Source of the DNA: Candidatus Poseidoniaceae archaeon
GTDB lineage: Archaea; Thermoplasmatota; Poseidoniia; Poseidoniales; Poseidoniaceae
NCBI GenBank assembly: GCA_965662895.1
Contig: CBFIJH010000005.1
Location: 79,458-143,457, forward strand
Length of the DNA: 64,000 nt
Reading direction: 5' to 3'
Under the pieces are notes generated by a model. The model saw only the letters and a list, made by a program, of their open reading frames with translations. It searched no databases and was not told the DNA's origin. The position numbers were made by a program, and so were the translations under genes. Below, piece after piece: positions 1 to 10,900 of the stretch; within the stretch, counting starts at the first letter, position 1; the number at the start of each line of letters is the position of its first letter.

Positions 1-443
1 ATGCCCTCTCCCCCGAAGTCATAGTACGGATGGATGGTCATGATGACAGGTACTTTGACCCCTTCTTCAACATCTGGCAACCAAAGTGCAACATGCATTT
101 TCGCTTCATCCGGATAACCGATATCTTGCTCGGAAGCGGGTAAGTCCACTGTGATGAAATGTTCTGAATAAGGAAGGATGTCATAGGTCCCGTTTTCCGG
201 GAGTTGTGCTCGCATCGTGTCCATTGGTAAATCCATCATGTGACGGTCGTGGAGTGGTGTTTCCCACCAATTCTCACTATTTTGAACATTCTTTTCATCC
301 GAAAGAGCCTCTCCAAAAGACATTGAGAGGAAAAGGAAAGCGATACAAAACGCAATTGTTGCAGAGAGGGAGATGTTGAGTTGCGTCTTGGCCAACGATG
401 ATGTTGACTCGATGACATCTGCATCGACAACGTCATCAGCCAT
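1..443 (-). CDS. CocE/NonD family hydrolase (X-Pro dipeptidyl-peptidase S15-like), N-terminal part, runs off the window edge
   Basis: Not in the ORF track. Manual translation from ATG 443 gives MADDVVDADV..TIAFCIAFLFLSMSF (TM/signal)..MHVALWLPDVEEGVKVPVIMTIHPYY, matching the S15 'lwlP..kvPvi...sPY' segment. Open to position 1. Confidence 0.65.
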   Translation of the reverse strand, partial: MADDVVDADVIESTSSLAKTQLNISLSATIAFCIAFLFLSMSFGEALSDEKNVQNSENWWETPLHDRHMMDLPMDTMRAQLPENGTYDILPYSEHFITVDLPASEQDIGYPDEAKMHVALWLPDVEEGVKVPVIMTIHPYYDFGGEG

Positions 444-616
444 ATTCGACCCAAGCCTTGGATGTTGAAGAGGGTGGCGATTCTGTGGAAGTCAAAAATT
501 CAAAGATTCATTCGAATACCAGTGCCATCGAAATCGTACTACAATTGATTCTCGGAATGGAAACAGCGTCGCATTGAGCCCACAACGCTCAAAGAGTTCG
601 GAGCAAAGGCAGAGAT

Positions 617-1852
617 ATGAGCACCCGTCGCCTCTTCGCTGCAGTACGGGACCTTGATCCACCCGGCGGCGGCGCAGAGCGTTCCTTGGCGGCTCTGCTG
701 AACGGAATTGCTCGGCCGGGTCCAACACTTGAAACAGCACCGACATACGTACCACTGTCCCCTGCGAAGGATGCACCAACCCATCCAGCATGGACGGTCA
801 GTGCCTTTGCGAGTCACGATCGAGGCGAACCAATCGGCTTGCTCGAGCCCGAAGTGAACCATGCAACCACAGATCTTCCAATTGAAGGGCTCTGGTCGAA
901 GGTTGCTTGGGGATTGAGGGAACGAAGAGGTGAGTTGCGACGTCGTAAGTGGGCCCTCGATCGACACATCGCTCGACGTAGTGCTCAATTCGCCGGTCGT
1001 GTCGGTTCGTGGTTGGACAAACAGGAACATACAGGTGGTATTGGATTAACCCAACTTGACTGGGCCCCTGGAGCTGCAAAAGCGTTTACTGCCCGTGGGA
1101 TGCCATACATCATGTTCGTTCGTGATGACACGGCATTCCGCCTTGAGGAACGCTTTCGCCCTGTACTGGAGGGCGCAGCTCTTGTTTGTGCCGCTGGAGA
1201 AGGCCTCCTCGCTGACATACGCTCTCGCTTTGCTATTCAAAAAGGTCACAGCGTTCCTCTGCCAATTGATTTTGAAGGGCGCTTTGGAAGCATGGACGAT
1301 GTGAATGCTTTGCGGCTGGCTGAGCAGGCAAAGCGACCCGATACAGCTCCGCCCACGATCGGTGTAATTGTCGTAACTCCAGAAAAGGGTTTGCGAATCT
1401 ATCAACGCCTCTTACCGAGGTTGCTTGAGCGATGGCCAGAAGCAGTAGTCCACATTGCTGGTGGAAGTGCTTATCCGCAACAACTCGTACGTCACTCGAA
1501 CGCACGCGTGCTGGGTCATGTCGATGCAGCGACATTCTTCGCAGGCATCGATGTTCACCTTATTCTGTTTGAAACGACCGGTTCATGGGGCCGAGTTATA
1601 GGAGAAGCAGGCTTGTTCGGTGTGCCAACTGTAACGTCCGATGTTGGCTCACAAAAGGAAGCCTTGGGTGAGGGAGGCATTCTGGTGGACGATGGTCATG
1701 ATACGGATGCAGTCATCGACGCCTTGAAGGCGGTTTATGACGATCGTGAGCGATACGGTGCATTGGCTCGAAAACACACCCAAATGGTAGATCATCGACG
1801 CTCTGTTGCGGCTTTCCGTAGCGGCCTCGAAGATTTGTTGAACGACCGATAA
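617..1852 (+). CDS. Glycosyltransferase family 4 (GT-B fold)
   Basis: N-terminal GGGAERS; C-terminal PEKG, GSWGRVIGEAGLFGVPTVTSDVG, EALGEGGILV. Confidence 0.85.
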   Translation: MSTRRLFAAVRDLDPPGGGAERSLAALLNGIARPGPTLETAPTYVPLSPAKDAPTHPAWTVSAFASHDRGEPIGLLEPEVNHATTDLPIEGLWSKVAWGLRERRGELRRRKWALDRHIARRSAQFAGRVGSWLDKQEHTGGIGLTQLDWAPGAAKAFTARGMPYIMFVRDDTAFRLEERFRPVLEGAALVCAAGEGLLADIRSRFAIQKGHSVPLPIDFEGRFGSMDDVNALRLAEQAKRPDTAPPTIGVIVVTPEKGLRIYQRLLPRLLERWPEAVVHIAGGSAYPQQLVRHSNARVLGHVDAATFFAGIDVHLILFETTGSWGRVIGEAGLFGVPTVTSDVGSQKEALGEGGILVDDGHDTDAVIDALKAVYDDRERYGALARKHTQMVDHRRSVAAFRSGLEDLLNDR

Positions 1853-1909
1853 CACGTCAGTTGGTGCTTGTTGTAATACCTGCGTCAGAGAACTCTACCT
1901 GACCAACCT

Positions 1910-2665
1910 TCATCTTGTGAGTTTGTCCTTCATTCCCCAATAGAGTCGTTTTGCTGACTGTTTGACTTTTCTTCTAACCGAAATGTGCTCTTTTTGGAAC
2001 AGGTAGGTCGGTGTTGCGGCGTAGTTAACACGATCCGTCGTGTACCCAAATTTGGACACAGCATCTCTGAACAATCTGAATTCATTTTTTGTAGCCAATT
2101 CAGCAAAAATCACGGGTGACTGATTCTCAAGTATGTGCTTCGCACCTTGAATAATGGGAAGCTCGAATCCCTCAACATCTATCTTGATCAAAGCAATGTT
2201 GTCGACACCCTGCATAATGTGGTCAAGGGTGTCCACCTCTCTTTGGGAGCCTTCTACATTCACGATTTTTGTCATACCTGCATTGAGATGGTTGGTATCG
2301 GAGAGGTCAACAAACCCTTTTCTGTCCAGAATGCCAATTTCCCCAAGGATGTAGCTGTCCTCTGAGCAGTTGAGTTCCATGTTTTCCTTCAAGATTGCAA
2401 AAATCGATTCATCGATTTCAAAACTGTACACTTTTGTTGAGTTGCAAAAGCGATTGAAAAAAATAGAATGGTTGCCAATATTGGCCCCAATATCAACGTA
2501 GACACCCTCCAAACCCAATGAGCGAGCTTTTTCAAGCAACTTCTCTTCGTAGAATGTTTCCTCAGTTACGATTCGGTCAAAGATTGAATCGTCAGCGTGG
2601 TAACCTTTCATGGTGATTTGCTGATTGGAATACACAAATTCCGTCACCACCCGGTCCTGACCCAT
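1910..2665 (-). CDS. FkbM family SAM-dependent methyltransferase
   Basis: VDIGANIGNHS, VYSFE, TLD..IALIKIDVEGFELPIIQGA motifs. Confidence 0.9.
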   Translation of the reverse strand: MGQDRVVTEFVYSNQQITMKGYHADDSIFDRIVTEETFYEEKLLEKARSLGLEGVYVDIGANIGNHSIFFNRFCNSTKVYSFEIDESIFAILKENMELNCSEDSYILGEIGILDRKGFVDLSDTNHLNAGMTKIVNVEGSQREVDTLDHIMQGVDNIALIKIDVEGFELPIIQGAKHILENQSPVIFAELATKNEFRLFRDAVSKFGYTTDRVNYAATPTYLFQKEHISVRRKVKQSAKRLYWGMKDKLTR

Positions 2666-2689
2666 GGAAGGGCTACCAACTCGGTGCCT

Positions 2690-3889
2690 TTAATTCTCTT
2701 TCAAGGGTGCGTTGGATGAGAGGACAGTCTCGTAAACCTCCAGCAATCGGTTCCGAATTGCATCTTTGCTGTACCTCGCTTCAACGCCATCTCGCATTAT
2801 TTGAGTGTCCCATTCCATGTCAATCATGCTGCCCATCGCCTCTGCCAAGCCATCCACATCGTCGACGTCGACGAGCAGACCATCCTCCTTCCGGACGATG
2901 TCGTTTGGGCCGCCACAGCGGGTGGCGACGACAGGTCGACCTGTGGAAAGTGCTTCGATTAACACGATGCCAAATGTTTCGTATCGGCTTGGGTGAACAA
3001 AGGCATCGATTTCTTGAAAGAATTCACACGCTTTTTCCCTTGGTACTGTGCCAACAAACTCGACTCTGTCGTCCATTCCATATGCAGAGGCTAACGCCTG
3101 CAGCTGTTTCCGAAGTGGGCCGTCACCAGCCAGCAGAAGTTTTGCGTTTGTGACTTGTTTGAAAGCTTGCAGCAAGGTTTTGTGGCCTTTGTCATTCACT
3201 AGGTTAGCCATGTATCCAAACGTGAATGTAGCGTTTTTTGGTTGAGGTGTGTAAGGGAATTTTTCTACATCGATCATGTTCGGTATTGTGGTGAATTTTG
3301 ATGCCTGGATGCCCAGAACTTGTTCCAAATCGTTGGCCAATGTACTACTGACTGACAAGAGCCGGTTGGCTGATTTCAATGCTGACTTTGCAGTAATTTG
3401 TTCCCGCGGCCCAACAATGTTTCTTCCGAAAATGCTTGAGTGGACGGTCACAATGTACGGGATTTTTTCTCTCTCAGCGATGGCTTTCGCTAGAATAGCT
3501 CCCCACATTGTTGCTTTGGCATGAATGATGTCCGGGGGGCCGTGCACTGCTCTGTAGGCGTCGTACATCTTCAGTGCCAACTTCTCATGAGAACGGACAA
3601 ATGAACGGTATACCGAGGGAATATTGTGAAGTGGACCCGGTTGGAACAACCGTTTGCTGGCTCGTACCACGGTCAAGTTGTTTTCCACAGTCGTTGTGAT
3701 TGACCGACTCGGCCCTTTGAGCCATGTTGCAGAGGGAAGGTGATGAAATATTGCATGAAGAACCCCGACTTTGTGGCCGACTTCTGCGAACATTTCGGCC
3801 TGTTCTCTGAAAAAGGTGCCTGAAAGAGGTGCATCTGGGCTTGGGTACCAAGAGGGAATAAAGAGGATATGGTGTTTCGTCAATTGCAT
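2690..3889 (-). CDS. Glycosyltransferase family 4
   Basis: ILFIPSWYP..GTFFREQA; KGHKTLLQAF; FVHPSRYETFGIVLIEALSTGRPVVATRCGGP. Start moved to ATG 3889 after SD-like AAGGAGTGGTG. Confidence 0.9.
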   Translation of the reverse strand: MQLTKHHILFIPSWYPSPDAPLSGTFFREQAEMFAEVGHKVGVLHAIFHHLPSATWLKGPSRSITTTVENNLTVVRASKRLFQPGPLHNIPSVYRSFVRSHEKLALKMYDAYRAVHGPPDIIHAKATMWGAILAKAIAEREKIPYIVTVHSSIFGRNIVGPREQITAKSALKSANRLLSVSSTLANDLEQVLGIQASKFTTIPNMIDVEKFPYTPQPKNATFTFGYMANLVNDKGHKTLLQAFKQVTNAKLLLAGDGPLRKQLQALASAYGMDDRVEFVGTVPREKACEFFQEIDAFVHPSRYETFGIVLIEALSTGRPVVATRCGGPNDIVRKEDGLLVDVDDVDGLAEAMGSMIDMEWDTQIMRDGVEARYSKDAIRNRLLEVYETVLSSNAPLKEN

Positions 3890-4112
3890 CACCACTCCTT
3901 CGCGAACCACTGGCGGTGAGCCGGTCTGAGGACACACATGCAAACCAACAATCTTGTTGGTTATGAGTCAATTCATGTGTGCTTAAACCTTTCCAAGTAC
4001 TGGATTTCGTGCCGAATTCAGCCTGCTGGACACGACGTTAAATCACTCGCTTTCAGTCCTATCAGCCGATTCATGGGATTGGTTATTTAATGATGGAGCC
4101 GGTGTTCTCACT

Positions 4113-4712
4113 ATGACAGAAAGTCCTGAAGGGGGTTCATTTTTCAAAAAGTGGGTCATGAGGCAATACTGGAGAATGCAACAATCTCAAGCTGTCGTCA
4201 GTTTGTTGTTGTGGGGGACAACCATCACCCTACTTGTTTGGCCTCTAATCAAATGGAGATTCACTGCAGAATGCGCTTCAGGTCTTTGTATTTCTGACGA
4301 GTTTTTTGGCATATCCAGTACGTATTTTGCACTTGCTGGCATCTTTTTCACAGTCATGTTCGGCGTTCTCACAATTGGATTTCTTTACGATCAAGTGTTC
4401 TCTCTTTGGACCGAGTATCGAAATGTCGATATGGAGCGCAACCCATTTGCAACCTATGCGCTTGCTCCAATTTGGGTCATGACGATTGCATTACAAGCCG
4501 AGGTTTTGAAGCGCACTTCACCCGATGATGAAGCAATGGTCAAACAAGCTAATTGGTGCCTCAAATGGTGCGAGGCGTACACAGAAGGTGAGATGTTTGC
4601 TCGTGCTGTTCAACGCTGGGACGAAGATTTAGGAGAAACGCCAACATTTTGGTTTACAAGCGATGAGGCGATGGAGCGAGCCCGGCAGACTTCCTTCGAA
4701 GATGAATCTTGA
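4113..4712 (+). CDS. Hypothetical membrane protein (2 TM)
   Basis: 199-aa ORF with two hydrophobic helices; TATA-like TTATTTAA shortly upstream of the ATG; no recognised family. Confidence 0.7.
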   Translation: MTESPEGGSFFKKWVMRQYWRMQQSQAVVSLLLWGTTITLLVWPLIKWRFTAECASGLCISDEFFGISSTYFALAGIFFTVMFGVLTIGFLYDQVFSLWTEYRNVDMERNPFATYALAPIWVMTIALQAEVLKRTSPDDEAMVKQANWCLKWCEAYTEGEMFARAVQRWDEDLGETPTFWFTSDEAMERARQTSFEDES

Positions 4713-4831
4713 TTGAGTTCGCACAAGAAACATCCAACATCGGACATGTTTGCTCCACAATTATCTTTGAATGAAAGTGGTTGTAGCTTACAATCAAATT
4801 GCTCTTTAACCGCTAGGTTGTGCCTCCAAAC

Positions 4832-5827
4832 ATGCCCAGCGTTCTTGTCACAGGCGGGTCGGGAATGCTTGGCCAACACCTCGTTCCGATGCTTATAGAG
4901 CATGGACATGATGTCCGTGCTCCAACCAGTCAAGAACTTGATCTTACGGATGCTGAAGCAACAATGGATTTTTTCAAAGACAAGCAAATCAGCATTGTAA
5001 TCCATTGCGCAGCCTATGTTGCAGGTATTGCATCAAGTCAAACCATCAAACATCATTCTCTGGATCAAAACATATCCATGGGTTTGAATCTCATACGTGC
5101 CTGTGTTCGAAATGGCATTTCAGATCTCATCAATGTCGGGAGTGCCACTGTCTACCCAAATGAAGCACCTCAACCTCTCTCCGAATCCTCAATTGGAAAC
5201 GGCCCGCTCGAAGGCCCGATTGAAGGTTATGCCTTATCGAAATACGTCGTTTATCGAGCGTGTGCAATGGCCAATGAACAGCATGATGTTTCCTTCAAGA
5301 CGATTCTACCTTGCAATCTGTTTGGTCCTTACGATAATTTTTCCTTGGAAACTGGGCACATGCTCCCAGCCATCTTGCATAGAATGCATCAGGCAAAACA
5401 GAGCAAGCAAGCATCTGTTACAATATGGGGTGATGGAACGGCCAAGCGAGAATTCCTTTACGCCCCAGATTTCGCGGATTTCCTTTGTTTTGCTCTTGAC
5501 AACTTCGATGCACTACCAGATGTGATGAACGTAGGCTCGGGTCTTGAGATAAGTGTCAATGAAATGCATAAACACATGGCTGATGTCATTGAGTTCACGG
5601 GCGATTTTCTCCACGATTTCGACAAACCGGTTGGCCGTCTTCGCAGATGTTTGGACTTGAAGCATCAACGGGCCTTGGGATGGGCTCCAAAGACGCCGTT
5701 TAAACAAGCCTTGGAATCAACCTACAATTATCTCCTTGATCGCTTTCATGAAAGTCCTATCTGGAGAAAAGATGCTACATCCTATTCGCAAAGTTGTTGG
5801 AGCCGAAGTAATTCGTCAAATGATTGA
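4832..5827 (+). CDS. fcl: GDP-L-fucose synthase (NAD-dependent epimerase/reductase)
   Basis: VLVTGGSGMLG, HCAAYVAGI, GYALSK (YxxxK), PCNLFGPYDNF..GHMLPA, IWGDGTAKREFLY. Confidence 0.88.
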   Translation: MPSVLVTGGSGMLGQHLVPMLIEHGHDVRAPTSQELDLTDAEATMDFFKDKQISIVIHCAAYVAGIASSQTIKHHSLDQNISMGLNLIRACVRNGISDLINVGSATVYPNEAPQPLSESSIGNGPLEGPIEGYALSKYVVYRACAMANEQHDVSFKTILPCNLFGPYDNFSLETGHMLPAILHRMHQAKQSKQASVTIWGDGTAKREFLYAPDFADFLCFALDNFDALPDVMNVGSGLEISVNEMHKHMADVIEFTGDFLHDFDKPVGRLRRCLDLKHQRALGWAPKTPFKQALESTYNYLLDRFHESPIWRKDATSYSQSCWSRSNSSND

Positions 5828-5852
5828 TGAATGGGCGCATCGTGGTTTGTCC

Positions 5853-6821
5853 ATGGGCAAGGCATCCAGGCAAAGGATTGTTTTGTCGCTCTTGCTCGTA
5901 TTTCTTCTCCTACCATTTTCTGTGACTGGGGAAGATGAATCCACTTGGCAAAGCAATGGTATTGATCCTTCAAATTGGAGCGACGGCCCTCTCGTTGAAG
6001 ACACGCCGATGCAATATTCCTATTTTGGAGACCCAGTGTTTGCCATCGATGTTACCTACATACCGGGCCACCTCCAAGACGAGGTATCCGGAACAATCAT
6101 CATCGAACTGTTTCCACAATGGGCGCCAATAACGGTCGAGAACATGATTCAACACATCGAAGATGACCTTTACGATGGAATCTTTTTTCATCGAGTCATC
6201 AATGATTTCGTAACACAATCCGGCGATCCTGAATGCAAAACAAATGGTGCCTACATTCCAGGCTTGCCTGCTCAATGCGGTAGTGGAGGAACTGGGGAAA
6301 CCATTCCGCTTGAGCACAACGAAAATCTCAGCCATGTCGATGGCGCAATTGGGATGGCTCGTGGAAATGAGGAGGATTCGGCAGATTCGCAATGGTACAT
6401 TGCTGAAACGGAAGCACACGGGCTTGATCCCGAAAACCGTGACGATGGAGGCTATGCTACCTTTGGAATTGTCCGTGATGGAATGAGTCATGTGCGAGCG
6501 ATAGCAGAAATTCCGACATCGGACGACCCATCTGGTACGGACTTGGACAATCCATTCTCTACAGCAGGAAGACCCCTCTACGAGACAAAAATCAATAGCA
6601 TAGAAATGATTGGTATTGCCGACCCTGAAGGTCAACTTTCGGGGGAAATCTCGAGTGGAGAAGCCGATTCTGGCAACGGAACAACCATTCTCTTCGTCGT
6701 GCTGTTCGTCGTCCTTGCTCTCGGTATTGCTTACATTGTTGTCCAGAACAACGTGAAACAAGATGCTCCGGTTTACGATGCTGAATTGATTGACGAAAAT
6801 GAAACGTCCAATACGACGTGA
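5853..6821 (+). CDS. Cyclophilin-type peptidyl-prolyl isomerase, secreted with a C-terminal membrane anchor
   Basis: IELFPQWAPITVEN, YDGIFFHRVINDFVTQSGDP, GAIGMAR, SQWYI, YATFG; N-terminal signal peptide and C-terminal TM. Confidence 0.9.
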   Translation: MGKASRQRIVLSLLLVFLLLPFSVTGEDESTWQSNGIDPSNWSDGPLVEDTPMQYSYFGDPVFAIDVTYIPGHLQDEVSGTIIIELFPQWAPITVENMIQHIEDDLYDGIFFHRVINDFVTQSGDPECKTNGAYIPGLPAQCGSGGTGETIPLEHNENLSHVDGAIGMARGNEEDSADSQWYIAETEAHGLDPENRDDGGYATFGIVRDGMSHVRAIAEIPTSDDPSGTDLDNPFSTAGRPLYETKINSIEMIGIADPEGQLSGEISSGEADSGNGTTILFVVLFVVLALGIAYIVVQNNVKQDAPVYDAELIDENETSNTT

Positions 6822-7879
6822 CGAATTCGAGGTGCGTACCACTTTACTTTCTCAATGTGGTAATCCATCACGTGCCAGTTTCTGCCAGCTTCTTTCGCAT
6901 ATTGCAGACATTGCTGCATCGTCGCTTCACACCATGCTTCGATTCGCTCCTCCTCAACGTTCATGTGAATGTGAAGCGTACCACCTTCTGCTTTGAGTGC
7001 ACAAACTGCAGGCTCCCAAGTTGCTTGCGAACTTGGCAAGTAACCAAGAAGAACACGATCGGCTGAACCCTCCAATTGCCTAAGGGTAATTTGGTTGTCT
7101 TGTGGATAGATGGTAAGTTTTGATTCTACGTCATTCGCTTTTGCTGCCCATTTGAGGGCCTTGATGCTATGAGGGTTGATCTCACAAGCATGAATGTGCT
7201 TAACATTGGCATGAACGAGAAGCTGCATGGTGTAATATCCAATTCCTGCATAGGCATCGATGATGACTTCTCCCTTTGCATCAATCGATGCCATGCGGTG
7301 ACGTTCCGTCACATTGCCTGAGGAATACATCACCTTTGTAGCATCGAAGCCATAGATTAGGCCGTTATCCTTGACTTCGACCCAAGCATCGTCGCCGTAC
7401 AATAATTCGACTTGAGATGAACGCATTTGATCATCTGCAATAGGTTGTTGGCGACCGATTCTCCGGGCCTTAAGTGCATCAGCAATACGTTCAAAGAAAT
7501 CCTTATTTCGGTGTATGATTCCATCCCAATTCTTTCCTTGAAAAGCATCTTTTGGGAACAAGATAAGGTCATCCAGCCGCTCCCATCTTCTGGGGATGGA
7601 TTGCATCAATTCCTCGTTTGAATTCAGCATTGGAAGGATTGCACTCAACAATCGGTTGTGTGGGTCGATTGGTGGTGGTGCTTCAACAACTTCAATTCGT
7701 TGAAATCGATGTTCAAAATCGAAGCGTGTCGATTCAACACCTTCTCGAATTGGCAACGCTAATTCTTTACCGACACGCTGAGGTGTATAGGTTCGGTCAA
7801 GAATTTCGAGGTCAATCAAGACCTGTCGAGCCACCTCTCCTTTGGCAAGCGGTACGAGAAGACACGGTTGCACTGGCAT
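6773..7879 (-). CDS. taw2: tRNA(Phe) wyosine aminocarboxypropyltransferase Taw2/TYW2 (Trm5/Met-10 family)
   Basis: FDATKVMYSSGNVTER, IDAYAGIGYYT, HACEINP, ADRVLLGYLPSS, GGTLHIH, VKWYAPRIRHVVLD. Confidence 0.8.
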   Translation of the reverse strand: MPVQPCLLVPLAKGEVARQVLIDLEILDRTYTPQRVGKELALPIREGVESTRFDFEHRFQRIEVVEAPPPIDPHNRLLSAILPMLNSNEELMQSIPRRWERLDDLILFPKDAFQGKNWDGIIHRNKDFFERIADALKARRIGRQQPIADDQMRSSQVELLYGDDAWVEVKDNGLIYGFDATKVMYSSGNVTERHRMASIDAKGEVIIDAYAGIGYYTMQLLVHANVKHIHACEINPHSIKALKWAAKANDVESKLTIYPQDNQITLRQLEGSADRVLLGYLPSSQATWEPAVCALKAEGGTLHIHMNVEEERIEAWCEATMQQCLQYAKEAGRNWHVMDYHIEKVKWYAPRIRHVVLDVSFSSINSAS

Positions 7880-7941
7880 GATGACGCCTACATGCCTCCC
7901 AAGGGGAAGTCCTTTGAAGGTCTTCGGTCTGTTGCAACATC

Positions 7942-10900
7942 ATGGAAGAACGGCCAGTATGGAAAGGGCGATTTTTGGCACTGTGTTTCACCGTGTTTTT
8001 TGCAACCCCCATACTTGCACCGTTTGCCTCTGCAGACGGTATGACAACCTGTGATGGCGTACCCGGTTTCAGTGATTGCGATGATTATGATTCAAACGAT
8101 GATGGAACACCCTTTCAACAAGATTGGATTCGTGGAACGTACGATTTCGATTTGCAAGATACTTCAACAATCCAAATGACATTGAGTTGGGCGGTGCGTG
8201 AATTCGATCGCAGCAAAGTCGGTCTCGATGATTCGACGACGAGTACTGCTCTCGCAAATGATGGATTGGATGAGGATGATGGGATTCCAGCTGATATGAT
8301 TCGAACCTACTTCGCCTACGAACCCAGCCCAGGAGCTGGTACCGTTGGTGACCAAATGTTGGACGACGTTCAAGATACAATCAGCGAACTCCTCTCGAGT
8401 GGATTCGGAACCGTTACAGCAATCAACACACAATACGATGGAATTTATTCCGAGGGAGGAAACACCGAGATTTGTACGACCGATGCAAACGAAGACTCGG
8501 TCTACGATTCTGGCTCGGGCGTTACGGAGAACAACGTCTTCGACCCGCCCATTTGCTTCTCGACCATTGCCGAGATTCAGTTATCAACAAGCACATTCAA
8601 TTTACTTGAAAATACGGACCTTGAACTTGAACGTGCGTATCAAGGCCTGCTTATTATGGGTTCAGAATTGACAACGCAATTCAACGTCTTTGCAGAACCC
8701 GGTCACGTCTCAACCTTCTCGATTCATCCTCCGAATTATGCCACGGTCGTCGGTGTCGATGGAAACGGTTCCATCGTTCCTAATCCTTGTACAGTGGCGA
8801 CCTGCGCAGGTCAGTGGACAGTGGAAAATCTGAACGCAGGTACAGATGCGTCTCGTGCCGAACAAACGGTCAGTTTGACCATGGGATATCGAAACACCTC
8901 GACAACGTCCATTGTCGAACTCGATCCGAACAAAGAGGCCGTATCGCTCCATCTCAAGGTGGATTTATTTGACGAACAAGAGGTTCAAATCGACTTCGTT
9001 GCAGGTATCAACTATCTTGATACGACAACAATGGACAATTGGGGCATTTCTCTCGTAGAATTATCCGAATTAGCAACCATTCCTCAAATTACCTCCGATG
9101 GAATTCGTTTAGCGTATGAAAACGGAATCGCTCCTCTCGACGATTTCACCGATCAATTCCCAGTTGCATCGATTGGCGATGCGTTTTCAGCATCTATCCC
9201 AGGATCGCCTGACATTCAGATGGGACAATTATCATGGGTAAGTGATTCAGTCGCTGAGGGAATTGATGGGCCGGCTGGAGGATTGAATTACAGTCATTCC
9301 GTTGGCTGTTCTGAAACTGTGACACCACCGAACACAATCTCCTACTGTATCGAAGGACCCAGTGCTATGGGTTACGACCATCCAATCTATCTCCGTTCAA
9401 CGAGCAACACGTTTGATCTTGGGTTGCTGGACCTCATTCAAGAGAATATACCGGATTCTGAATTCGAACTGGATGGTAAAACATACAACACGAAGGATTA
9501 TTTTGAACTTATTACGAACGAAGACCTTCGAAGGCTGATGGATGCTGGTTTGTCGATTGAAACGGTCCTTGATACAGATTTCCTCGAAACCATGATTCCG
9601 TCTGATCTTCCACCGTCAAAAATTACACTTGAACTGATTCTACCGAGTTGGATTGTAACCGCCGATGGTTCTGACCGCATCATCCTTGAACACTCAGCAT
9701 CAGGTGAAACCAGGAATGAAATCTCAATTGCAGGACCTTCTCCTTACACCTATAATCATCCAATCCTCAATGAAGACGGTGAAACCATTTGTTTGCAAAC
9801 GCAGAAGACCTGTGTTTCAACATCCCTATCCATTGATTTCGAGACCTTCGACATCAACGAATGGACGAAATCTGTTTCCATTGAGTTTGGCCTTGAAGCC
9901 ACTGCAGTTGTTCACCGAATCGCTGTTCCACAGGGGTATTACGACGTGAATGACACAACTGTCCGCATGGAGGTCATTCCAAGCGATTTAATCCGGTTGA
10001 TTGGGGATATTATGAGTCGTGATGAGGAAAAAGCAATCTCCATCGAACGATGCCTTGAGTCAAACATAAAAAATTCCAATGCCTGTCCTGAGGAAAGTAG
10101 GCTTCAATTCAATCTTACATCCGATGGTTTGATGCAATTTGGAACCGATGCTGGAGAACTTCTCACACACCAGATTCACACGCAGGTTGAAAAACTAGAA
10201 ACGAGTGACGAAGGGCCTGAATTCTCGGAGGTTGACATCAGTGATTTTGTCATTGAAACGAGCCTTGCAGGACTTGGAAGTCCAGGACAAACCGTTTCTG
10301 ATGAAGTGGGCCTAAGCGTGAGTCTCAAGATTCCAAAAGTTCGATTTACACTGGCTGTATCGAGCCCATGGGGCGATTTACTGAGTGGCGATCCTGACGC
10401 AATAACGCTCTCACTTCTTACCGAGGACATCAGTGGTGCTTTCCGTTCACCACTGCTTCAACCCATGGTCATGATGGTCGATGAAATGTCGTCGATGATG
10501 ACAGCAAGCCTTGTTTCATCAGAGGGAATTACATTCCCGCCGCTCGAGCAGGAAGCATTGATTGTTGAAACAGGTTCTTGGGATACGACAATTCACGAAG
10601 ATACGGAATTTGATTTGACTGGACCGGTCAGTTTCACGTTACCAAAAGGCATCATCGTCAAAGAGGGAACATCTACGCAAGGAAACATGATCATCACCGA
10701 AGATGATGAAGGGCGTCAAGTCATTACGTACACAATTCCGCCGGACGGTCTCGATGATGAAGTAACACTTCGGCTTCAAGTAACGTGGATGTATCTGCTT
10801 GGTCAATTTTGGGCTTATCCGGCTGTTGTTGTTATTCTGCTCATCCTTCTGATACGGCGTCGCCGCAAGAAGAAAAAGAAAAAGCGAGCTGCTAGAGAAG

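Noticed and set aside
5740-5827. C-terminal extension of fcl as a frameshift or fusion with the cyclophilin
   Set aside because: The genes are in different frames and the cyclophilin has its own ATG and signal peptide at 5853; simple stop-codon drift explains the extension.
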